This document shows, one piece after another, positions 26,877-39,907 of a stretch of 64,000 nucleotides of DNA (position 1 is its first letter; each line of letters starts with the position of its first letter). The notes under the pieces were generated by a model. The model searched no databases. It was not told where the DNA came from and saw only the letters and a list, made by a program, of their open reading frames with translations. Source of the stretch: Octopus vulgaris (Eukaryota); contig OX597829.1 of NCBI GenBank assembly GCA_951406725.2, forward strand, positions 52,266,001-52,330,000. Reading direction: 5' to 3'. A program made the position numbers and the translations under genes.

Positions 26877-27118
26877 TAGCAGTCACCCATGCATACCAAC
26901 CACCCCTCTCCATGCCACCAATGTTATCCAAGGGAAAGGCAAAGGCCAATACAGCTTGGCACCAGTGATGTCACAAATCATTCCTACAGCTGAGTAAACT
27001 GTAGCAATGTAAAATAAAGTGTCTTGCTCAAGAAAACACACAGCCTGGTCCGGGAATTGAACTCACTATCTCATGATTGTGAGCCCAATGTTCTAACCAC
27101 TGAGCCATGTGCCTTCAC
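26877..27118 (-). mobile_element. tRNA-head SINE family D (V-SINE-like core CTTGAGCAAGACACTT)
   Basis: Head GTGAAGGCACATGGCTCAGTGGTTAGA...GAGTTCAATTCCC on the - strand; related copy at ~33815-34050 (+). Confidence 0.7.
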
Positions 27119-27346
27119 TATGCACACATATATGTGTGTGAGTGTGTACATATATATTAGTAACAGAGACATCATTAATACCAACAGGTAATATTTATCC
27201 CCATTTAAACATGGATGTCCTATTAGAACAAGCTATACTGTTGTAGTTACCATAAGAGAAACCCTCATTTTGGCTTTGATGCAAAATGTACTCTTGTTTA
27301 TATCACTTGCAGGGGAGATAAATCCCTGCTACCTCCAAAGCCAAGA

Positions 27347-27393
27347 CCACCAGATCACATGATTTCGATCTTCTTTGGTCTTGTCAATGATGG
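27347..27393 (-). ncRNA. Hammerhead ribozyme-like motif, U3-A8 variant
   Basis: CCATCA TTGACAA GACC-AAAGAA-GATC GAAA TCATGTGA TC TGGTGG; helix I pairs (one G-U) and helix III is near-palindromic. Confidence 0.55.
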
Positions 27394-27494
27394 ACATTTA
27401 ACCGCTAGAGATAGCAGCAACTCATCTCCCTTCCAGCGATATATGGAAAAACAGTGCCAGAACAAGCATTGGTCTCACAATTAGCCAGCGAGAT

Positions 27495-28015
27495 TGTTAG
27501 GTGACCTAATTAACATTGGTGGTAGATGTTCTGAAAGAATAGGATGGAGAATGTTCAAAAAGCTGTTACTTTTCTTGGCAACAAAAGTTCTCTCTCTACA
27601 AGTGAAAGGCAGATTGTATGATACAGTGATGCTACATGGTAGTGAGACATAGGTCCTGAATGCAGGGGACATGCAAAAACTAGAGAGGAATGAAGCTAGT
27701 GTGCACAAATGGATGTGCAATATTAGTGTGCATGTATGACAACATGCAAATATATTGAGGGAAAAAGGTTAGACATAAGAGGAATCATGTGCAGCATGCA
27801 AGAGAGAAGACTGCACCGGTTTGGCCATGTGATGCAGATGGACGAGGATGGTTGCATAAGGAAGTGCCAATCACTTAAGGTGAATGGAACTTGTGGAAAA
27901 GAGAGACTCGGGTAGACGTAGGATGAAGTATTGATGGCTGATCTCAAGATGCTGAGCCTTACGGAGATGACAAAGGAGCAAGATGATTGGCACCTTGCTG
28001 TGTGAGAGAAGACCT
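27495..28015 (+). mobile_element. Degenerate RTE LINE 3' ORF
   Basis: Broken translation LSLQVKGRLYD, MLHGSET, LERNEAS, MQERRLxxFGHVMQMDED. Confidence 0.8.
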
Positions 28016-28584
28016 CTCAAAGTACTAAAAACAACTTTATTATGCTTGTACTTGCAAGGGCCCCATTCCTCCTCCTCTCTCCCTGACACATCAAGCATTT
28101 CTCTCTCCACTCCACCCCACCATCTAAGTTACCACATGGCTGCTGTACTCACCTGCAAACTACTTCCATTCCTCATCATCCCTACCCACATTATTTCAAG
28201 AAATCACCCCCACCCCCTTCTATACCTTCATCCATTGTTCCCTCTCCTCTCTGCTATACTCCATTCTAAACACCTCTTATCTGCTATCATTCTCAATGTC
28301 CTCCCATATCTCCCATCATGAGCCACCTGCCCCTTATATATATAGTCCCTTATGTATCCCTATACATAAGCCCCTTTCTCCTTCTCTCTCCTCCTTTTTC
28401 TCTCTTTCTCTCTTTCCCACTTTCTGTATATATATCTATATCTATAATATATATCTATATATATATACATATATATAGTTAATCCAAACAAGAAAACACA
28501 AAAAAACAAAAAAAACACAACAATGCCAGGACGTGGAACAAATAAAGTATTATTGGATGCTCAAGAAAGAAGGGAAGAAGGAGG

Positions 28585-28619
28585 GTTTGACGTTTCGAGC
28601 GGAGCTCTTCGTCGGAAAC
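28585..28619 (-). ncRNA. Minimal type I hammerhead ribozyme motif in a Penelope-like fragment (~28480-28690)
   Basis: GTTT CCGACGA A GAGC-TCC-GCTC GAAAC GTC AAAC: helix I GTTT/AAAC, stem II GAGC/GCTC, palindromic ACGT helix III, GUC site, U4C core change. Confidence 0.7.
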
Positions 28620-29835
28620 ATAGGAGAAGAAAAGATCCCGAGAAGGGAAGACAGGGGAAAAAAATCGCTAGTGATACAGACGAGGTCACAGTATATGCAT
28701 GTGTACATGTGAAACAAGCTCATTGTGTTTTCGTGTGTGTGTGTGTGTCAGTGACAGACTGACACATCCAATCTTTATTTGGCAGCACAGCTTTATGTCC
28801 TTGTAGTATTGTGACATAATCTGGCTGTAATTTCCTTCAGATCTAATAATATACACTCAGACACAAAGATTAAGTCAGGTTGAAGTCATAAAATGTATGG
28901 ATACAGCCTGAGGCTTATATGTTTATGTGTCTATGACCCCTTATGTATCCCTATTTCACCCTCTCCACATCTCCCGTATCTTACATTCTCTTCAATTCAC
29001 CTTCTTGGTTTACATCAACATCTCTAACCTCTCCATACTGGTATCTCCCATCATCTGCACCTCCCACCCTTCTTCTTCACTCACTACACTAACTCCTAAC
29101 ACTCACCACCCCTTTGTTCCCTCCTCACATTCTTATGAAAGCATCCCCTCCAATTATCCACCCTCTTCTTCCTCTCCAATGCTCACCTTCTTGATTCTTG
29201 TCCTTTGAAAGGTTGCTCTAGCATCCCATCCACTACCTTCCTTTTATCTCCTTCAGCCTTGTATCTCTTCCACTACAAGACACTTCTACTTGTCCCTCTT
29301 TCATACTTTAGGCTTTCAACACCTGTCATCTCCACCCTCCCCTCCCAAGTACTTCTAGTAGTGGGAGGTTTTCTCCCCTTCTTTTCTTTCTCCTTCATCT
29401 CTGTTTTCCTCTGTCTTGCAAGTTACATGGCAACCTCACTAGTGCTGGTGCCATGAAAAAAGCATCCAGTCCATTCTCTATAGTAGTTGGCATCAGAAAG
29501 GGCATCCAGCTGTAGGAACCACGCCCTAGATGATGGAGCTTGGTACAGCCCTGCAACTTACCAGTTCCCTGTCAAACCATTCTACAGCATGAAAAACAAA
29601 TGTTAAATGATGATGATGATGATGACAATGATGATAAAGATACATATATAAATACACGCATGCATGTATGTATGTATGTATGTATGTATGTAGAGTGGTT
29701 GGTGTTAGGAAGGGCATCCAGCCATAAAATCCCTACCAAAACAGACACAGTTGCCTTGGGTAGATTTTCTACCTGGCTGGTTCCTGTCATCCTCCTACTC
29801 ATGCATGCATGGAAGATGGACGGTAACAGTGATGA

Positions 29836-30437
<602 letters not shown>

Positions 30438-30696
30438 CAGTACTGGGAGAATGAAGAACGGAACGAAGCGAACGGATCGAAATGAACCCGACGCGAAGGC
30501 ACTGTCAAACAATAGTGTAATAAATATATATGCATACATACATACATATATGTACGTACCTACATCTACATGTATATATACATGCATATATAAATATATA
30601 TACGTGAGTACAGGACACCACAACTAGACGTAGAACTCAACGAGAAACGAAAACAGAAAAACCATTTTTTACATATATATATATATATATACATAC

Positions 30697-30736
<40 letters not shown>

Positions 30737-31185
30737 CTAGCTTTTAAGCTACTGATCCCAAATGGGAAGTTCTGCAAACAGATCTCTGACTTGTTTTGGA
30801 GAATTTGTTGCATTGCTTCCTCCAAAATCACATCCCAATGATGATCATATTTGTCGGAAAAAATTACATTAAAAAATCGTTGGAAATAATCACTGTACTT
30901 CACAATTAATTTCGATTGTTCCTAAAATTTATTTCCAAGTTATAGTAATTATTATCGTACAAAAAAATTTGTTGCAAAAAAATTCATGTAAAAAACTGCC
31001 AAAAACAATCGCAGTAATGAAAACTTGGGAATCCAAAATTTCAGGATTGCGGTTCCGGATTTGACTCATAATGTTTATAATATACTCATGGAGCTGGCCT
31101 GATTCCAAAATAGCATGATATCTTGGGCTACGGCATCTAGAAGTAACGTTGAAAAAGTGTGACACACTGACATTTATTATATATA
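30737..31185 (-). mobile_element. Non-autonomous Helitron carrying a RepHel fragment
   Basis: Ends in CTAG|T with a short hairpin (tcccaaatggga). The - strand reads DHHWDVILEEA then, frameshifted, ATNSPKQVRDLFA, resembling the Helitron RepHel motif DDxHWDxTLEEA...SPxQLRxLFA. Confidence 0.65.
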
Positions 31186-32026
31186 CACTCTTTACTCTCT
31201 TTACTCTTTTTACTTGTTTCAGTCATTTGACTGCGGCCATGCTGGAGCACCGCCTTTAGTCGAGCAAATCGACCCCGGGACTTATTCTTCTGTAAGCCCA
31301 GTACTTATTCTATCGGTGTCTTTTGCCGAACCGCTAAGTGACAGGGACGTAAACACACCAGCATCGGTTGTCAAGCGATGTTAGAGGCACAAACACAGAC
31401 ACACAAATATATATACACACACATACATCATCATCATCATCATCATCATCGCTTATATATATATACATACATACGACAGTCTTCTTTCAGTTTCCGTCTG
31501 CCAAATCCACTCACAAGGCATTGGTCAGCTCGAGGCTATAGTAGAAGACACTTGCCCAAGATGCCACGCAGTGGGACTGAACCCGGAACCATGTGGTTGG
31601 TAAGCAAGCTACTTACCACACAGCCACTCCTGCACCTATATATATATACTCTTACTCTCTCTCTTTTACTCTTTTACTTGTTTCAGTCATTTGACTGCGG
31701 CCATGCTGGAGCACCACCTTTTAGTACTTATTCTATCGGCCTCTTTTTGCCGAACCGCTAAGTGACGGGGACCTAAACACACCAGCATCGGTTGTCAAGC
31801 AATGCTAGGGGGACAAACACAGACACACAAACACACACACATATACATATATATACATATATACGACAGGCTTCTTTCAGTTTCCGTCTACCAAATCCAC
31901 TCACAAGGCATTGGTCGGCCCGGGGCTATAGCAGAAGACACTTGCCCAAGATGCCACGCAGTGGGACTGAACCCGCAACCGTGTGGTTGGTTAGCAAGCT
32001 ACTTACCACACAGCCACTCCTGCACC
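31186..32026 (-). mobile_element. Two tandem SINE family A copies
   Basis: Copies at 31186-31636 and 31650-32026; the second has an internal deletion. Confidence 0.9.
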
Positions 32027-32887
32027 TATATATATATATATTTTTTTTTTATAGATATAGATATATATGCAGATTGTGGGAAAGAGAGAAAGAGAGAAAG
32101 AGAGAAAAAAGAGAGAGAGAGAAGGAGGAAAAATAGAGAGTGATAACACTATTGATAGATGAATGTTATGTTAATAGCAAGAAACTGAAGCCAATGAAAT
32201 GAACTAGTTGTGTGTGTATGCATGTATGTGTATGCATGTGTACATGTGAAACAAGCTCATTGTGTGTTTGTGTGTGTGTGTGTGTGTGAGTCAATCTTTC
32301 TTTGGCATCACAGGTTTATGTCCTTGTAGTATTGTGACATAATCTGGCTGTAATTTCCTTCAGATCTAATAAAATGCACTCAGAGACAAAGGCTAAGTCA
32401 GGTTGAAGCCATAAAATGTATGGATACAGCTTGAGGTTTATATATATAGATATGTTTATAGTTATGGGTACAGGTGTGCATAGATGTGCGGCAAAAGTTT
32501 GCTTCTCAACCATGTTGCCTTGGGTTCAGTCCCACTGTGCAGCACCGTGTGAGTGGATTGGCAGATGGAAAGTAAGGTGGTGAGCTGGCAGAATTGTTAG
32601 CACGCCGGGCGAAATGCTTAGTGGTATTTCGCTGCCGTTACGTTCTGAGTTCAAATTCCGCCAAGGTTGACTTTGCCTTTCATCCTATTGGGGTCGATAA
32701 ATTAAGTACCAGTTACGTACTGGAAGAAATGTAATCGACTTAATCCCTTTGTCTGTCCTTGTTTGTCCCCTCTATGTTTAGCCCCTTCTGGGCAATAAAA
32801 AAAAAATTAAATAAAAAAATTTTAAAAAAGATGGCAAGTGAAAGAAGTCCATCATACACACACACAAAGATATATATAGATACATAA

Positions 32888-33040
32888 AATCTTGAATTAA
32901 AAACCCAAAATCTTGCAAATATCTACCCACGGTTTCTTGGTTGAAATGATATTTTATTTCGTCACTCATGAAGCTGAAGTTTTGACCAGGAAGCCCTAGG
33001 TGGCTATTTGCAAGATTTTTGGTTTTTATTTGAAGATTAT
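32888..33040. repeat. Fold-back element with ~60-bp imperfect arms (probable MITE)
   Basis: aatcttgaattaaaaacccaaaatcttgcaaata... pairs with ...tatttgcaagatttttggtttttatttgaagatt. Confidence 0.7.
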
Positions 33041-33084
33041 CCTTACTCTCTTAGCTGATCGATTGCTTTTCTATTTGTTGAGGC

Positions 33085-33087
<3 letters not shown>

Positions 33088-33173
<86 letters not shown>

Positions 33174-33201
33174 ACACATACACACACACACACACACACA
33201 T
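33088..33201. repeat. (CA)n microsatellite
   Basis: Seen directly. Confidence 0.98.
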
Positions 33202-34974
33202 ACATCATCATCATTTAATGGCTGTTTTTCATGCTGGTATGGGTTGAACTTTGACAGGAGCTGATGAGCCAGAGAGCTGCACTTGGTTTCAGTCCTACTT
33301 GGCATGGCTTCTATGGTTGGATGCCCTTCCTAATACCAACCACTTTACGGAGGATATTGGGTGCTCTTTATATGGTGCCACCACAAGTGCTTTTTACATT
33401 GGACCAGAACAGGTGCTTTTTATGAGTATATATCTATGTGTGTGTCTCTGTATTTCTGTTCATTTCACTATCACTGCTTCATATCTGGTGTAGGCTTGTT
33501 TATGTCCTAGTAACTCAGCAGTTTGACTGAAAGAGAGGGAGAGAGAGAAGGATACTGAGAGAATAAGTATCAAGCTTAACAAAAAGAAATAAGTGCTGGG
33601 ATCTATTTGTTCAAACTAAAATCTTTCAAGGTGGTGCCACAGCATGGCCATGGACCAATGAATGAAACAAATAAAAATATGATATCAAGTAATGGCAGAG
33701 TCGTTGGTTCAGTATGATAACACATCCTGAGCCAATAATAAGCCATTGGATTTATCATTACTCTTCTCACTTCCAGAGTCAATAAAATTAGGTAACAGTA
33801 ATGTAACGAGGTTGGAGTCATGTGACTTAGTGGTTAGGGTGTTGGACACATGATTGTAAGATTGTGGTTTTGATTTCTGGGCCGGGCAATGTGTAATGTT
33901 CTTGAGCAAGACACTTCATTTTACATATTTCCAGTCCACTCAGCTGGCAAATATGAGTACTACTGAGACAGAGTGGTGTCTCATCCAGGCAGGGAATACA
34001 TATGTCACTAGATCCAGGAAACTGGCCCTTATGAGCCTGGCTTGGTTCGAGAAGGAAATATCATATTATGTATGCCAGCGCCACCCCAACTGGCTTCTGT
34101 GCCGGTGGGACATAAAAAGCACCATCCGAACATGGCCGTTGCCAGCGCCGCCTTGGCTGGCTTCCATGCCGGTGGCACGTTAAAAGCTCCAACTGATCAT
34201 GGCCGATGCCGGGCCCCCCTGGCACCTGTGCCGGTGGCACGTAAAAAGCACCCACTACACTCATGGAGTGGTTGGCATTAGGAAGGGCATCAAGCTGTAG
34301 AAACTCTGCCAGATCAGACTGGAGCCTGGTGCAGCCTCTGGCTTCCCAGACCCCGGTCGAACCATCCAACCCATGCAAGCACGGAAAACGGACGCTAAAC
34401 GATAATGATGATGATGATGATGTATAATGTAATGAGGATTGATTTTTTATTATCTCTTTGTTCCTGTTCTTCCTTTACAAAAACAGTTGGAACTTGAATT
34501 AGAATGCATTCATGTGTTTGCGTTTGTGTTTGTGTTCGTGATTATACATGTATTGAGGGGATGGACAGAGGTAATAGAGGTAGATAGAGACAGACATAAG
34601 ATAGAAAACGATGGAAGAGAGAGATAGAAAGATAGAAGGAGAGGTAGTGAGAGAAAGAGAGAGAGAGAGAGAGAGATGTGCAATCACACACACACACATA
34701 CAAATAGATAGACAGAGACAGACACAGGGAAGAAAATGATGGAAGAGAGAGATAGAGAAAGAGATAGAAGGAGAGGGAGTGAGAGAAAGACACATACACA
34801 CACACACACACAGATACACACAGATACATAGATAGATAAACGAAGAGAGAGTCGGGGGGACGGGGCGTAAGATGAAGAGAAAGTTGGAGAAAAGAAATCT
34901 AGAAAGGGAGACGGAGAAGAAGAGCAAAATAACAGGGCGGGGAAGATAGAGTACAAGAGATGGAAAGAGAATAG

Positions 34975-35260
34975 GGGGGGGGGGGGATGGAAAGAGAGAG
35001 GGAAAGGAAATAGGAAGGGAAAGAGAGAGAGAGAAAGAGAGAGAGAGAGAAAGAGAGAGAGAGAAAGAGAGAGAGAGAGAAAGAGAGAGAGGGAAAGGAA
35101 ATAGGAAGAGAAAGAGAGAGAGAGAAAGAGAGAGAGAGAGAAAGAGAGAGAGAGAAAGAGAGAGAGAGAAAGAGAGAGAGGGAAAGGAAATAGGAAGAGA
35201 AAGAGAGAGAAAGAGAGAGAGAAAGAGAGACAGAGAGAGAGAGAAGGTGAAAGGAAGATA
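34975..35260. repeat. Polypurine (GA)-based compound repeat with ~90-bp higher-order unit
   Basis: gagggaaaggaaatagga occurs three times between (GA)n/GAAA tracts. Confidence 0.9.
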
Positions 35261-36079
35261 GAGTGTGCGGAGTGTATGTGTGCTGTAGGTCTTTATTTCC
35301 TTTCCTTTGTTAATATATTACTTTTCTTATTGCACATTTCTAATTTGTCATTAGATTTGTCTTGGTTTTCTTTCCTATATTGATTTTTCTAGAACAATCA
35401 AATGAGTCCGCAATTTATTGGTGTGCATGTGTGTGTGCATGTGTGCGCGCGTGTGTGTGTGTGTGCATGTGTGCACGCACACGCATGATTTTCTTTATTT
35501 CTATACCCCAGCTTTCAGAAACATTTTCTTCTGTTTTATTTTTTTTGGTGTGTTTATAGATTATTGCTTTTTTTCTTATATCTCCAAGAAAAAAAGGAGA
35601 CAAAAATATTGCGACAAAAAAACCCCCAAAAATTGCAAGGTCACATTTTTTTCGTTTTTATTCCATCAAAATCACTCGATGTACAAAAAGGACCCAACTT
35701 AACCAAACAAGTGTATAAAGGCTCATGTGATTTCTTAATAAAATATTAAATTGCTTCAGTGTTTTTAACCACGAAAGCATGTTACTGTTATATAATTCTG
35801 ACCTAGATTTTTAAAAAAATATCATCAGAGATATTGGCATAAATAACATGCTAAAAGCACTCGAGTCAGATGATGAAGTAGGGGAAGGACTTTAACAAGT
35901 TCCCACAATTTGGTGAGGTTCTTTCTCTATATCTGTCGTAGGTTCATTGGCTTGTTACATGTGTATCCACTTCTTTTCAGATGGCAACATTTCTAAGCCT
36001 CTTTTTTTCTCAGCATTTAAAAAAGTAAATGCTCTGCCATCATTCCATACATTCTTTGCATCAAAAATGTTTTCTTGGA

Positions 36080-36396
36080 GATACGACAGGCTTCTTTCAG
36101 TTTCTGTCTACCAAATCTCTTTTGCCGAACCACTAAGTTACAGGGACGTAAACACACCAGCATCGGTTGTCAAGCGATGCTAGGGGGACAAACACAGACA
36201 CATAAACATACACACACACATACACATATACATATACATATATACGACAGGCTTCTTTCAGTTTCCGTCTACCAAATCCACTCACAAAGCTTTGGTTGGC
36301 CCGAGGCTATAGTAGAAGATACTTGCCCAAGATGCCATGCAGTGGGACTGAACCTGGAACCATGTGGTTGGTAAGCAAGCTACTTACCACACAGCC
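36080..36396 (-). mobile_element. SINE family A, rearranged
   Basis: Internal duplication of the acgacaggcttctttcag segment. Confidence 0.8.
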
Positions 36397-36494
36397 AGTA
36401 CAAAAATCACAACAAAAAACAAAAAGGTACAATCACATAAACATGCAAAAGTGGTCCCTATTCATTTTGGATATCACTTGGACAATGATGGCTT

Positions 36495-36850
36495 CAGTGG
36501 CACTATGGTATGTTGACTAGTCACCCTCTCAACAATGCTCCAAACACAGTAGTCGATAGGGTATAAATTTGATGAGCTAAGAGGCCATAAATTTGGTGTT
36601 ACATGACCATAAAGACTATCTGTCATTCATTCATGGATTACATTGGCTTTGTGAAAAGATGCCAAGTTTTGTTGAAACATGTTTGGCTTTTGACTGTGTG
36701 CTTCATCCATCCAAGTCTTAACAGTCTTCAGCACTTCACCGTATCCAGCAGCATTAATTGTAAGACCCTGTGCAAAGATGAGAATTGGCATGACCTTCAT
36801 TACTCACCATTCCTAAATCCATCACAATTACTGCAAACCTAGTGCATCAG
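36495..36850 (-). mobile_element. Tc1/mariner (DD37D/maT-like) transposase relic
   Basis: Degenerate translation VMDLGMVSNEGH..IFAQGLTINAAGY.EVLKTV..MFQQNLA..HKA..VTPNLWPLSSSNLYPIDYCVW, similar to FQQDSAPSH and WPPSSPDLNPLDY motifs. Confidence 0.75.
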
Positions 36851-37176
36851 AGAAAAACCTAAAGCATACCATGTTCACAAAAGTTTTTAACCTTATTGAG
36901 TAACTGCTTGGCACAGATCCAATGGGTTTTCAGGTGTCTTTACAGGCTCTTTAGCATATAAGATTTGTATCGTACCCTAATATCTGCTTTGACTTGGTTT
37001 TTATGGTTGGCTGCCTGAGTGGAGCTTTAGTAGAGAGGAACGTGGATTTATGCTAGGAGATGAGGGGTTGAATTTTGAGAGAAGGAGCCAGAACACAACA
37101 GATTTCTAACTATAGGGAAGCTATATGGGCACTCATATTTTAGAAGAGAAACTGGGACTAACCAAGGTGGAGCTGG

Positions 37177-37690
37177 AGAGAAATTAAAATTGCAGTGATG
37201 AAGCGTCAGGTGGATCCTGGATAGAGATTGAAATTGTGGTGATGAGGAGTCAAGTGGATCATGGTTAGAAATTATATTTGTGGTGATGAGATGTCAGGTG
37301 GATCCTGGATAGAGATTAAAGTGTTGGTGATGAGGTGTCAAGTGAATCCTATAAAGAGATTAAAATTTTGATGATGAGGTGTCAGGTGGATCCTGCCTAG
37401 AGATTATAATTGTGGAAATGAAGTGTCAGGTGGATCCTGGATTGAGATTAAAATTGTGGTGATGAGGCATCAGGTGAATCCTGGATATAGATTAAAATCG
37501 TGTTGATTGGGAGTCAGTTGGATTCTGGATAGAGATTAAAATTGTGGTGGTGAGCTGTCAAGTGGATCCTGGATAGAGATTATAATTGTGGATATGAGCT
37601 GTCAAGTGGATCCTGGATAGAGATTATAATTGTGGATATGAGGTGTCAGGTGGATCCTGGATAGAGATTAAAATTGTGTTGATGAGGTGA
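37177..37690. repeat. 44-bp minisatellite, ~11-12 copies
   Basis: Unit ~GGATCCTGGATAGAGATTAAAATTGTGGTGATGAGGTGTCAGGT; GGATC at 37212, 37256, 37300 and onward. Confidence 0.95.
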
Positions 37691-37984
37691 GTGGAAGTGC
37701 ATGGGAGAGTAAATATGTTGTGTGAGTGAATAGAAGTTACAAGAGTATATAGGGGAGTGTGAGATGTTTAAAGATGGGAAATGAGTAAGAGGGTGAAATT
37801 AATAAACGAAGGATAAATGCTGGGAGATGATAAATAGAGAAAGTAAGGAAGAGTAGGTGATAACTGTAGGTAATAGTGAATAAGGGTCAAGGGTGATTAA
37901 GTATGCATGTAAGTTGCAGAAGGAGAGTAGGAGATGACTGATTGTGCAGAAAAAGGGATGGTAAAGAGCTGCAGAATAGTAATA

Positions 37985-39055
37985 ATGATACTGTATCATC
38001 CAATGAATCCTTTTGATGATAAGCTGCACTGTGCTGTAACACCTGATAAATTAGCATTGTGTTCTTCCATAATATGCAAATTCTCAGGCCTCTAGCAGGT
38101 GCAATTGAGGTGATCAATTGCGTTATTTAATATAAATATAGCCTGCCAACTGGCCTTCCCTGGGAGAATCATAATGCTACGTGGTGATTAATTGAGTTAT
38201 TTAATATAAATGTAGCCTCACCATTCCAAACAATCTTTGCTGGAATGTCTGTGTCTCCAACACATCTTACCAAGTACCACTTGCAAAACTCCACTCTTCA
38301 TTCTAGATTATCTTATCAAGAGCACAGATTACTCTTGGATCGTAAATTTTCCAATGGCAGAACTTTAAATTGTGGTGAATGCTTGATCTTGAAGTTCCCA
38401 TCTTGTGACTCACTTGCAGCACAGATTTTCTTGAACTCTGACAATATGTTTCTGGTAATCTTTCTTGCTTTGTGAGGTTTATCAATATTTGTAGCCTTAT
38501 CAATATTTGAGGCTTATCAGTATTTGTAGGGTGGTGAGCTGGCAGAATTGTTAGCACACCGGGCGAAAGGCTTTGCAGCATTTCATCTGCCGTTACATTC
38601 TGAGTTCAAATTCCGCCGAGGTCGACTTTGCCTTTCATCCTTTCAGGGTCGATTAAATAAGTACCAGTTATGCACTGGGGTCGATGTCATCGACTTAATC
38701 CCTTTGTCTGTCCTTGTTTGTCCCCTCTATGTTTATTCCCCTGTGGGCAATAAAGAAATAAATATTGGTAGTTTTCCAGAACATTACTTGCAGTCATTCT
38801 GAACAGTTCCATATTCTTCAAGCTTATCTCTAATTCCACAGACAGTAAGTTGCATAGGTGAACCTGTTTGAAACTCCCCCCTACACTGTTTTTGCATTTT
38901 GAGTGCATTTTCACACTTCCAGTTGCATTCAAGATAAATTTCTTTGTTCAAGGCTTTGTCTGGCTCCTTTCTAATGGGTCAAATCTAAAAACAACAGAAA
39001 TTAAATATATTATCAGCTATTAATGTATGCATACATATTTCTGGGACACACTATA
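37985..39055 (-). mobile_element. Tc1/mariner transposase relic (DUF4817-like N-terminus, DD41D-like), split by SINE B
   Basis: WKCENALKMQKQCRGEFQT..IRDKLEEYGTVQN, then QERLPETY..RKSV..SSIHHNLK and RVEFCKWYL..KIVWNGEATF; TIR-like TATAGTGTGTCCCAG near 39055; SINE at 38529-38762. Confidence 0.75.
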
Positions 39056-39321
39056 TGTTTCTTTATTACCCACAGGGGGCTAAACATAGAGGGGACAAAC
39101 AAGGACAGACAAACGGATTAAGTTGATTATATCGACCCCAGTGCGTAACTGGTACTTAATTTATCGACCCTGAAAGGATGAAAGGCAAAGTCGACCTCGG
39201 CGGAATTTGAACTCAGAACTCAGAATGTTCTAACGTCTCTGCCAGCTCGCCGCCTGAGACACACTATAGTTATGTGTATGCATGTGCATGTGAGTGCATG
39301 CATGTGTGTGTGCACACATTC

Positions 39322-39907
39322 AGTTGTGACTGCTTTTGATCTTCCATTAGCAAACGAGGCATGAATTTTGCTGCAATTCTTTTCATTTGCAATTCCTCGC
39401 TCAAAATTCATTGGCAGGAGTTCCAGAACACACCAGTTATATCAACAACTTTGTCAATTGATCAGATATGGTCCTCCAAGATCAGTTGTTCTATTTTCAT
39501 GATGATTTCATTCACTCAGGTTGATGGTGGTGCTGAACAAGGATGGTCTTCAAGCGACAAGTGACCATTCCTAAAGCATGAAAACCACTCATAAACTTGT
39601 TTTGCTCATGGCAGTATCCTTGTAAGCTGTCTGAAGTATAACAACTGTTTTGGCCACTGTTTTCTCCAGCAGAAAACCGAATTTCACGGAAGAACGCTGT
39701 TCCTTTGTTTCAGCCATTGCAAAAATCGGTGAACAGGGGAGAAGCACTGCAAAGTAAAGACACACCACGTAGCATTATGACTCTCCCAGGGAACGCCAGT
39801 TGGCAGACTGATGCCTGAGGGTCACATCAAGTGGCTTCTGGCAGCAAAACTACTACAGATTTGTCCCACAGAGAACGTTTCCGGTTACTTTTGGGTATCT
39901 TTTCGTA
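39322..39907 (-). mobile_element. Mariner element 5' half
   Basis: TIR-like TACGAAAAGATACCCAAAAGTAACCGGAA at the right end. ATG at 39717 reads MAETKEQRSSVKFGFLLEKT..VYEWF..IAAKFMPRLLMEDQKQ with stops and frameshifts. Confidence 0.85.

Noticed and set aside
37177-37690. Regular repeats resembling a CRISPR array
   Set aside because: Contiguous tandem units with no unique spacers, no cas genes and a eukaryotic context.
38770-38990. Strong - strand acceptor tttctgttgtttttag followed by an exon-like stretch
   Set aside because: The sequence is the N-terminus of a decayed Tc1/mariner transposase, not a host exon.
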